Below are positions 1 through 13,100 of a stretch of 64,000 bases of DNA, one piece after another. Numbering within the stretch: the first letter of the stretch is position 1; each line of letters starts with the position of its first letter. The position numbers were made by a program, and so were the translations under genes. Under the pieces are notes generated by a model. The model ran no database searches, had not been told where the DNA came from, and saw nothing but the letters and a program-made list of their open reading frames with translations. Source of the stretch: Eledone cirrhosa (Eukaryota); contig OZ024742.1 in assembly GCA_964016885.1 (NCBI GenBank), positions 365,676,001 through 365,740,000 on the forward strand. Direction: 5' to 3'.

Positions 1-3000
1 ATATTGTCAGACAACTATATTCCATATATTGTTGTCAGTAAACTATATTCCATATATTGTTGTCAGTAAACTATATTCCATATATTGTCAGAAAACTATA
101 TTCCATATATTGTTGTCAGAAAACTATATTCCATATATTGTCAGAAAACTATATTCCATATATTGTTGTCAGAAAACTATATTCCATATATTGTTGTCAG
201 AAAACTATATTCCATATATTGTTGTCAGTAAACTATATTCCATATATTGTCAGAAAACTATATTCCATATATTGTTGTCAGAAAACTATATGCCATATAT
301 TGTCAGAAAACTATGTTCCATATATTGTCAGAAAAATATATTCCATATATTGTTATCAGAAAACTATATTCCATATATTGTCAGAAAACTATATTCCATA
401 TATTGTCAGAAAACTATATTCCATATATTGTCAGAAAACTATATTCCATATATTGTTATCAGAAAACTATATTCCATATATTGTCAGAAAACTATATTCC
501 ATATATTGTTGTCAGAAAACTATATTTCATATAGTGTCAGAAAACTATATTCCATATATTGTCAGAAAACTATATTCCATATATTGTTGTCAGAAAACTA
601 TATTCCATATATTGTTGTCAGAAAACTATATTCCATATATTGTCAGAAAACTATATTCCATATATTGTTGTCAGTAAACTATATTCCATATATTGTCAGA
701 AAACTATATTCCATATATTGTTGTCAGAAAACTATATTCCATATATTGTCAGAAAACTATATTCCATATATTGTTGTCAGAAAACTATATTCCATATATT
801 GTTGTCAGAAAAATATATTCCATATATTGTCAGAAAACTATATTCCATATATTGTTGTCAGAAAACTATATTCCATATATTGTCAGAAAACTATATTCCA
901 TATATTGTTGTCAGAAAACTATATTCCATATATTGTTGTCAGAAAACTATATTCCATATATTGTTGTCAGTAAACTATATTCCATATATTGTTGTCAGTA
1001 AACTATATTCCATATATTGTCAGAAAACTATATTCCATATATTGTTGTCAGAAAACTATATGCCATATATTGTTGTCAGTAAACTATATTCCATATATTG
1101 TCAGAAAACTATATTCCATATATTGTTGTCAGAAAACTATATTCCATATATTGTCAGAAAACTATATTCCATATATTGTTGTCAGAAAACTATATTCCAT
1201 ATATTGTCAGAAAACTATATTCCATATATTGTTGTCAGAAAACTATATTCCATATATTGTTGTCAGAAAACTATATTCCATATATTGTTGTCAGTAAACT
1301 ATATTCCATATATTGTTGTCAGTAAACTATATTCCATATATTGTCAGAAAACTATATTCCATATATTGTTGTCAGAAAACTATATTCCATATATTGTCAG
1401 AAAACTATATTCCATATATTGTTGTCAGAAAACTATATTCCATATATTGTTGTCAGAAAACTATATTCCATATATTGTTGTCAGTAAACTATATTCCATA
1501 TATTGTCAGAAAACTATATTCCATATATTGTTGTCAGAAAACTATATTCCATATATTGTCAGAAAACTATATTCCATATATTGTCAGAAAAATATATTCC
1601 ATATATTGTTATCAGAAAACTATATTCCATATATTGTCAGAAAACTATATTCCATATATTGTCAGAAAACTATATTCCATATATTGTCAGAAAACTATAT
1701 TCCATATATTGTTATCAGAAAACTATATTCCATATATTGTCAGAAAACTATATTCCATATATTGTTGTCAGAAAACTATATTTCATATAGTGTCAGAAAA
1801 CTCTATTCCATATATTGTCAGAAAACTATATTCCATATATTGTTGTCAAAAAACTATATTCCATATATTGTTGTCAGAAAACTATATTCCATATATTGTC
1901 AGAAAACTATTTTCCATATATTGTCAGAAAACTATATTCCATATATTGTCAGAAAACTATATTCCATATATTGTTGTCAGAAAAATATATTCCATATATT
2001 GTCAGACAACTATATTCCATATATTGTTGTCAGTAAACTATATTCCATATATTGTTGTCAGAAAACTATATTCCATATATTGTTGTCAGAAAACTATATT
2101 CCATATATTGTCAGAAAAATATATTCTATATATTGTCAGAAAACTATATTCCATATATTGTCAGAAAACTATATTCCATATATTGTTGTCAGTAAACTAT
2201 ATTCCATATATTGTTGTCAGAAAACTATATTCCATATATTGTTGTCAGTAAACTATATTCCATATATTGTCAGAAAACTATATTCCATATATTGTTGTCA
2301 GTAAACTATATTCCATATATTGTTGTCAGAAAACTATATTCCATATATTGTTGTCAGAAAACTATATTCCATATATTGTCAGAAAACTGTATTCCATATA
2401 ATGTTGTCAGAAAACTATATTCCATATATTGTCAGACAACTATATTCCATATATTGTTGTCAGTAAACTATATTCCATATATTGTTGTCAGAAAACTATA
2501 TTCCATATATTGTTGTCAGAAAACTATATTCCATATATTGTCAGAAAAATATATTCTATATATTGTCAGAAAACTATATTCCATATATTGTTGTCAGTAA
2601 ACTATATTCCATATATTGTTGTCAGAAAACTATATTCCATATATTGTTGTCAGTAAACTATATTCCATATATTGTTGTCAGAAAACTATATTCCATATAT
2701 TGTCAGAAAAATATATTCTATATATTGTCAGAAAACTATATTCCATATATTGTTGTCAGTAAACTATATTCCATATATTGTTGTCAGAAAACTATATTCC
2801 ATATATTGTTGTCAGTAAACTATATTCCATATATTGTTGTGAGAAAACTATATTCCATATATTGTCAGAAAACTATATTCCATATATTGTCAGGAAACTG
2901 TATTCCATATATTGTTGTCTGAAAACTATATTCCATATATTGTCAGACAACTATATTCCATATATTGTTGTCAGTAAACTATATTCCATATATTGTTGTC

Positions 3001-5646
3001 AGTAAACTATATTCCATATATTGTCAGAAAACTATATTCCATATATTGTTGTCAGAAAACTATATTCCATATATTGTCAGAAAACTATATTCCATATATT
3101 GTTGTCAGAAAACTATATTCCATATATTGTTGTCAGAAAACTATATTCCATATATTGTTGTCAGTAAACTATATTCCATATATTGTCAGAAAACTATATT
3201 CCATATATTGTTGTCAGAAAACTATATGCCATATATTGTCAGAAAACTATGTTCCATATATTGTCAGAAAAATATATTCCATATATTGTTATCAGAAAAC
3301 TATATTCCATATATTGTCAGAAAACTATATTCCATATATTGTCAGAAAACTATATTCCATATATTGTCAGAAAACTATATTCCATATATTGTTATCAGAA
3401 AACTATATTCCATATATTGTCAGAAAACTATATTCCATATATTGTTGTCAGAAAACTATATTTCATATAGTGTCAGAAAACTATATTCCATATATTGTCA
3501 GAAAACTATATTCCATATATTGTTGTCAGAAAACTATATTCCATATATTGTTGTCAGAAAACTATATTCCATATATTGTCAGAAAACTATATTCCATATA
3601 TTGTTGTCAGTAAACTATATTCCATATATTGTCAGAAAACTATATTCCATATATTGTTGTCAGAAAACTATATTCCATATATTGTCAGAAAACTATATTC
3701 CATATATTGTTGTCAGAAAACTATATTCCATATATTGTTGTCAGAAAAATATATTCCATATATTGTCAGAAAACTATATTCCATATATTGTTGTCAGAAA
3801 ACTATATTCCATATATTGTCAGAAAACTATATTCCATATATTGTTGTCAGAAAACTATATTCCATATATTGTTGTCAGAAAACTATATTCCATATATTGT
3901 TGTCAGTAAACTATATTCCATATATTGTTGTCAGTAAACTATATTCCATATATTGTCAGAAAACTATATTCCATATATTGTTGTCAGAAAACTATATGCC
4001 ATATATTGTTGTCAGTAAACTATATTCCATATATTGTCAGAAAACTATATTCCATATATTGTTGTCAGAAAACTATATTCCATATATTGTCAGAAAACTA
4101 TATTCCATATATTGTTGTCAGAAAACTATATTCCATATATTGTCAGAAAACTATATTCCATATATTGTTGTCAGAAAACTATATTCCATATATTGTTGTC
4201 AGAAAACTATATTCCATATATTGTTGTCAGTAAACTATATTCCATATATTGTTGTCAGTAAACTATATTCCATATATTGTCAGAAAACTATATTCCATAT
4301 ATTGTTGTCAGAAAACTATATTCCATATATTGTCAGAAAACTATATTCCATATATTGTTGTCAGAAAACTATATTCCATATATTGTTGTCAGAAAACTAT
4401 ATTCCATATATTGTTGTCAGTAAACTATATTCCATATATTGTCAGAAAACTATATTCCATATATTGTTGTCAGAAAACTATATTCCATATATTGTCAGAA
4501 AACTATATTCCATATATTGTCAGAAAAATATATTCCATATATTGTTATCAGAAAACTATATTCCATATATTGTCAGAAAACTATATTCCATATATTGTCA
4601 GAAAACTATATTCCATATATTGTCAGAAAACTATATTCCATATATTGTTATCAGAAAACTATATTCCATATATTGTCAGAAAACTATATTCCATATATTG
4701 TTGTCAGAAAACTATATTTCATATAGTGTCAGAAAACTCTATTCCATATATTGTCAGAAAACTATATTCCATATATTGTTGTCAAAAAACTATATTCCAT
4801 ATATTGTTGTCAGAAAACTATATTCCATATATTGTCAGAAAACTATTTTCCATATATTGTCAGAAAACTATATTCCATATATTGTCAGAAAACTATATTC
4901 CATATATTGTTGTCAGAAAAATATATTCCATATATTGTCAGACAACTATATTCCATATATTGTTGTCAGTAAACTATATTCCATATATTGTTGTCAGAAA
5001 ACTATATTCCATATATTGTTGTCAGAAAACTATATTCCATATATTGTCAGAAAAATATATTCTATATATTGTCAGAAAACTATATTCCATATATTGTCAG
5101 AAAACTATATTCCATATATTGTTGTCAGTAAACTATATTCCATATATTGTTGTCAGAAAACTATATTCCATATATTGTTGTCAGTAAACTATATTCCATA
5201 TATTGTCAGAAAACTATATTCCATATATTGTTGTCAGTAAACTATATTCCATATATTGTTGTCAGAAAACTATATTCCATATATTGTTGTCAGAAAACTA
5301 TATTCCATATATTGTCAGAAAACTGTATTCCATATAATGTTGTCAGAAAACTATATTCCATATATTGTCAGACAACTATATTCCATATATTGTTGTCAGT
5401 AAACTATATTCCATATATTGTTGTCAGAAAACTATATTCCATATATTGTTGTCAGAAAACTATATTCCATATATTGTCAGAAAAATATATTCTATATATT
5501 GTCAGAAAACTATATTCCATATATTGTTGTCAGTAAACTATATTCCATATATTGTTGTCAGAAAACTATATTCCATATATTGTTGTCAGTAAACTATATT
5601 CCATATATTGTTGTCAGAAAACTATATTCCATATATTGTCAGAAAA
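1..5646 (+). repeat. 2,936-bp period tandem duplication (1-2710 matches 2937-5646; repeated again at 9996-15641)
   Basis: Identical ORFs occur at +2936 (29/2965, 559/3495, 1313/4249, 2211/5147). Shared rare variants include AACTCTAT (about 1801/4737) and CTATGTTCC (about 311/3247). Confidence 0.93.
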
Positions 5647-8600
5647 CTGTATTCCATATAATGTTGTCAGAAAACTATATTACATATATTGTCAGAAAAC
5701 TATATTCCATATATTGTTGTCAGTAAACTATATTCCATATATTGTTGTCAGAAAACTATATTCCATATATTGTTGTTAGAAAACTATATTCCATATATTA
5801 TCAGAAAAATATATTCTATATATTGTCAGAAAACTATATTCCATATATTGTCAGAAAACTATATTCCATATATTGTTGTCAGTAAACTATATTCCATATA
5901 TTGTTGTCAGAAAACTATATTCCATATATTGTTGTCAGAAAACTATATTCCATATATTGTTGTCAGTAAACTATATTCCATATATTGTCAGAAAACTATA
6001 TTCCACATATTGTTGTCAGTAAACTATATTCCATATATTGTCAGAAAACTATATTCCATATATTGTTGTCAGAAAACTATATTTCGTATAGTGTCAGAAA
6101 ACTATATTCCATATATTGTCAGAAAACTATATTCCATATATTGTTGTCAGAAAACTATATTCCATATATTGTTGTCAGAAAACTATATTCCATATATTGT
6201 CAGAAAACTATATTCCATATATTGTCAGAAAACTATATTCCATATATTGTTATCAGAAAACTATATTCCATATATTGTCAGAAAACTATATTCCATATAT
6301 TGTTGTCAGAAAACTATATTTCATATAGTGTCAGAAAACTATATTCCATATATTGTCAGAAAACTATATTCCATATATTGTTGTCAGAAAACTATATTCC
6401 ATATATTGTTGTCAGAAAACTATATTCCATAGATTGTCAGAAAACTATATTCCATATATTGTCAGAAAACTATATTCCATATATTGTTGTCAGTAAACTA
6501 TATTCCATATATTGTCAGAAAACTATTTTCCATATATTGTTGTCAGAAAACTATATTCCATATATTGTCAGAAAACTATATTCCATATATTGTTGTCAGA
6601 AAACTATATTCCATATATTGTTGTCAGAAAAATATATTCCATATATTGTTGTCAGAAAACTATATTCCATATATTGTCAGAAAACTATATTCCATATATT
6701 GTTGTCAGTAAACTATATTCCATATATTGTCAGAAAACTATATTCCATATATTGTTGTCAGAAAACTATATTCCATATATTGTCAGAAAACTATATTCCA
6801 TATATTGTCAGAAAACTATATTCCATATATTGTTGTCAGAAAACTATATTCCATATATTGTCAGAAAACTATATTCCATGTATTGTTGTCAGAAAACTAT
6901 ATTTCATATATTGTCAGAAAACTATATTCCATATATTGTCAGAAAACTATATTCCATATATTGTTGTCAGTAAACTATATTCCATATATTGTCAGAAAAC
7001 TATATTCCATATATTGTTGTCAGAAAACTATATTCCATATATTGTCAGAAAACTATATTCCATATATTGTTGTGAGAAAACTATATTCCATATATTGTCA
7101 GAAAACTATATTCCATATATTGTCAGGAAACTGTATTCCATATATTGTTGTCTGAAAACTATATTCCATATATTGTCAGACAACTATATTCCATATATTG
7201 TTGTCAGTAAACTATATTCCATATATTGTTGTCAGTAAACTATATTCCATATATTGTCAGAAAACTATATTCCATATATTGTTGTCAGAAAACTATATTC
7301 CATATATTGTCAGAAAACTATATTCCATATATTGTTGTCAGAAAACTATATTCCATATATTGTCAGAAAACTATATTCCATATATTGTTGTCAGAAAACT
7401 ATATTCCATATATTGTTGTCAGAAAAGTATATTCCATATATTGTTGTCAGTAAACTATATTCCATATATTGTTGTCAGTAAACTATATTCCATATATTGT
7501 CAGAAAACTATATTCCATATATTGTTGTCAGAAAACTATATGCCATATATTGTTGTCAGTAAACTATATTCCATATATTGTCAGAAAACTATATTCCATA
7601 TAATGTTGTCAGAAAACTATATTCCATATATTGTCAGAAAACTATATTCCATATATTGTTGTGAGAAAACTATATTCCATATATTGTCAGAAAACTATAT
7701 TCCATATATTGTCAGGAAACTGTATTCCATATATTGTTGCCTGAAAACTATATTCCATATATTGTCAGACAACTATATTCCATATATTGTTGTCAGTAAA
7801 CTATATTCCATATATTGTTGTCAGTAAACTATATTCCATATATTGTCAGAAAACTATATTCCATATATTGTTGTCAGAAAACTATATTCCATATATTGTC
7901 AGAAAACTATATTCCATATATTGTTGTCAGAAAACTATATTCCATATATTTCAGAAAACTATATTCCATATATTGTTGTTAGAAAACTATATTCCATATA
8001 TTGTTGTCAGAAAAGTATATTCCATATATTGTTGTCAGTAAACTATATTCCATATATTGTTGTCAGTAAACTATATTCCATATATTGTCAGAAAACTATA
8101 TTCCATATATTGTTGTCAGAAAACTATATGCCATATATTGTTGTCAGTAAACTATATTCCATATATTGTCAGAAAACTATATTCCATATATTGTTGTCAG
8201 AAAACTATATTCCATATATTGTCAGAAAACTATATTCCATATATTGTTGTCAGAAAAGTATATTCCATATATTGTTGTCAGAAAACTATATTCCATATAT
8301 TGTCAGAAAAATATATTCTATATATTGTCAGAAAACTATATTCCATATATTGTTGTCAGTAAACTATATTCCATATATTGTTGTCAGAAAACTATATTCC
8401 ATATATTGTTGTCAGTAAACTATATTCCATATATTGTTGTCAGAAAACTATATTCCATATATTGTCAGAAAACTGTATTCCATATAATGTTGTCAGAAAA
8501 CTATATTACATATATTGTCAGAAAACTATATTCCATATATTGTTGTCAGTAAACTATATTCCATATATTGTTGTCAGAAAACTATATTCCATATATTGTT

Positions 8601-10189
8601 GTTAGAAAACTATATTCCATATATTATCAGAAAAATATATTCTATATATTGTCAGAAAACTATATTCCATATATTGTCAGAAAACTATATTCCATATATT
8701 GTTGTCAGTAAACTATATTCCATATATTGTTGTCAGAAAACTATATTCCATATATTGTTGTCAGAAAACTATATTCCATATATTGTTGTCAGTAAACTAT
8801 ATTCCATATATTGTCAGAAAACTATATTCCACATATTGTTGTCAGTAAACTATATTCCATATATTGTCAGAAAACTATATTCCATATATTGTTGTCAGAA
8901 AACTATATTTCGTATAGTGTCAGAAAACTATATTCCATATATTGTCAGAAAACTATATTCCATATATTGTTGTCAGAAAACTATATTCCATATATTGTTG
9001 TCAGAAAACTATATTCCATATATTGTCAGAAAACTATATTCCATATATTGTCAGAAAACTATATTCCATATATTGTTATCAGAAAACTATATTCCATATA
9101 TTGTCAGAAAACTATATTCCATATATTGTTGTCAGAAAACTATATTTCATATAGTGTCAGAAAACTATATTCCATATATTGTCAGAAAACTATATTCCAT
9201 ATATTGTTGTCAGAAAACTATATTCCATATATTGTTGTCAGAAAACTATATTCCATAGATTGTCAGAAAACTATATTCCATATATTGTCAGAAAACTATA
9301 TTCCATATATTGTTGTCAGTAAACTATATTCCATATATTGTCAGAAAACTATTTTCCATATATTGTTGTCAGAAAACTATATTCCATATATTGTCAGAAA
9401 ACTATATTCCATATATTGTTGTCAGAAAACTATATTCCATATATTGTTGTCAGAAAAATATATTCCATATATTGTTGTCAGAAAACTATATTCCATATAT
9501 TGTCAGAAAACTATATTCCATATATTGTTGTCAGTAAACTATATTCCATATATTGTCAGAAAACTATATTCCATATATTGTTGTCAGAAAACTATATTCC
9601 ATATATTGTCAGAAAACTATATTCCATATATTGTCAGAAAACTATATTCCATATATTGTTGTCAGAAAACTATATTCCATATATTGTCAGAAAACTATAT
9701 TCCATATATTGTTGTCAGAAAACTATATTTCATATATTGTCAGAAAACTATATTCCATATATTGTCAGAAAACTATATTCCATATATTGTTGTCAGTAAA
9801 CTATATTCCATATATTGTCAGAAAACTATATTCCATATATTGTTGTCAGAAAACTATATTCCATATATTGTCAGAAAACTATATTCCATATATTGTTGTG
9901 AGAAAACTATATTCCATATATTGTCAGAAAACTATATTCCATATATTGTCAGGAAACTGTATTCCATATATTGTTGTCTGAAAACTATATTCCATATATT
10001 GTCAGACAACTATATTCCATATATTGTTGTCAGTAAACTATATTCCATATATTGTTGTCAGTAAACTATATTCCATATATTGTCAGAAAACTATATTCCA
10101 TATATTGTTGTCAGAAAACTATATTCCATATATTGTCAGAAAACTATATTCCATATATTGTTGTCAGAAAACTATATTCCATATATTGT
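5433..10189 (+). repeat. 2,826-bp offset duplication (about 5433-7363 matches about 8259-10189)
   Basis: ORFs repeat at +2826 (5689/8515, 5985/8811, 6727/9553). Shared private variants are TTTCGTATAG, CCATAGATT, TATTACAT and GTTGTTAG. One difference lies at 6880 G versus 9706 A. Confidence 0.9.
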
Positions 10190-13100
10190 TGTCAGAAAAC
10201 TATATTCCATATATTGTTGTCAGTAAACTATATTCCATATATTGTCAGAAAACTATATTCCATATATTGTTGTCAGAAAACTATATGCCATATATTGTCA
10301 GAAAACTATGTTCCATATATTGTCAGAAAAATATATTCCATATATTGTTATCAGAAAACTATATTCCATATATTGTCAGAAAACTATATTCCATATATTG
10401 TCAGAAAACTATATTCCATATATTGTCAGAAAACTATATTCCATATATTGTTATCAGAAAACTATATTCCATATATTGTCAGAAAACTATATTCCATATA
10501 TTGTTGTCAGAAAACTATATTTCATATAGTGTCAGAAAACTATATTCCATATATTGTCAGAAAACTATATTCCATATATTGTTGTCAGAAAACTATATTC
10601 CATATATTGTTGTCAGAAAACTATATTCCATATATTGTCAGAAAACTATATTCCATATATTGTTGTCAGTAAACTATATTCCATATATTGTCAGAAAACT
10701 ATATTCCATATATTGTTGTCAGAAAACTATATTCCATATATTGTCAGAAAACTATATTCCATATATTGTTGTCAGAAAACTATATTCCATATATTGTTGT
10801 CAGAAAAATATATTCCATATATTGTCAGAAAACTATATTCCATATATTGTTGTCAGAAAACTATATTCCATATATTGTCAGAAAACTATATTCCATATAT
10901 TGTTGTCAGAAAACTATATTCCATATATTGTTGTCAGAAAACTATATTCCATATATTGTTGTCAGTAAACTATATTCCATATATTGTTGTCAGTAAACTA
11001 TATTCCATATATTGTCAGAAAACTATATTCCATATATTGTTGTCAGAAAACTATATGCCATATATTGTTGTCAGTAAACTATATTCCATATATTGTCAGA
11101 AAACTATATTCCATATATTGTTGTCAGAAAACTATATTCCATATATTGTCAGAAAACTATATTCCATATATTGTTGTCAGAAAACTATATTCCATATATT
11201 GTCAGAAAACTATATTCCATATATTGTTGTCAGAAAACTATATTCCATATATTGTTGTCAGAAAACTATATTCCATATATTGTTGTCAGTAAACTATATT
11301 CCATATATTGTTGTCAGTAAACTATATTCCATATATTGTCAGAAAACTATATTCCATATATTGTTGTCAGAAAACTATATTCCATATATTGTCAGAAAAC
11401 TATATTCCATATATTGTTGTCAGAAAACTATATTCCATATATTGTTGTCAGAAAACTATATTCCATATATTGTTGTCAGTAAACTATATTCCATATATTG
11501 TCAGAAAACTATATTCCATATATTGTTGTCAGAAAACTATATTCCATATATTGTCAGAAAACTATATTCCATATATTGTCAGAAAAATATATTCCATATA
11601 TTGTTATCAGAAAACTATATTCCATATATTGTCAGAAAACTATATTCCATATATTGTCAGAAAACTATATTCCATATATTGTCAGAAAACTATATTCCAT
11701 ATATTGTTATCAGAAAACTATATTCCATATATTGTCAGAAAACTATATTCCATATATTGTTGTCAGAAAACTATATTTCATATAGTGTCAGAAAACTCTA
11801 TTCCATATATTGTCAGAAAACTATATTCCATATATTGTTGTCAAAAAACTATATTCCATATATTGTTGTCAGAAAACTATATTCCATATATTGTCAGAAA
11901 ACTATTTTCCATATATTGTCAGAAAACTATATTCCATATATTGTCAGAAAACTATATTCCATATATTGTTGTCAGAAAAATATATTCCATATATTGTCAG
12001 ACAACTATATTCCATATATTGTTGTCAGTAAACTATATTCCATATATTGTTGTCAGAAAACTATATTCCATATATTGTTGTCAGAAAACTATATTCCATA
12101 TATTGTCAGAAAAATATATTCTATATATTGTCAGAAAACTATATTCCATATATTGTCAGAAAACTATATTCCATATATTGTTGTCAGTAAACTATATTCC
12201 ATATATTGTTGTCAGAAAACTATATTCCATATATTGTTGTCAGTAAACTATATTCCATATATTGTCAGAAAACTATATTCCATATATTGTTGTCAGTAAA
12301 CTATATTCCATATATTGTTGTCAGAAAACTATATTCCATATATTGTTGTCAGAAAACTATATTCCATATATTGTCAGAAAACTGTATTCCATATAATGTT
12401 GTCAGAAAACTATATTCCATATATTGTCAGACAACTATATTCCATATATTGTTGTCAGTAAACTATATTCCATATATTGTTGTCAGAAAACTATATTCCA
12501 TATATTGTTGTCAGAAAACTATATTCCATATATTGTCAGAAAAATATATTCTATATATTGTCAGAAAACTATATTCCATATATTGTTGTCAGTAAACTAT
12601 ATTCCATATATTGTTGTCAGAAAACTATATTCCATATATTGTTGTCAGTAAACTATATTCCATATATTGTTGTCAGAAAACTATATTCCATATATTGTCA
12701 GAAAAATATATTCTATATATTGTCAGAAAACTATATTCCATATATTGTTGTCAGTAAACTATATTCCATATATTGTTGTCAGAAAACTATATTCCATATA
12801 TTGTTGTCAGTAAACTATATTCCATATATTGTTGTGAGAAAACTATATTCCATATATTGTCAGAAAACTATATTCCATATATTGTCAGGAAACTGTATTC
12901 CATATATTGTTGTCTGAAAACTATATTCCATATATTGTCAGACAACTATATTCCATATATTGTTGTCAGTAAACTATATTCCATATATTGTTGTCAGTAA
13001 ACTATATTCCATATATTGTCAGAAAACTATATTCCATATATTGTTGTCAGAAAACTATATTCCATATATTGTCAGAAAACTATATTCCATATATTGTTGT

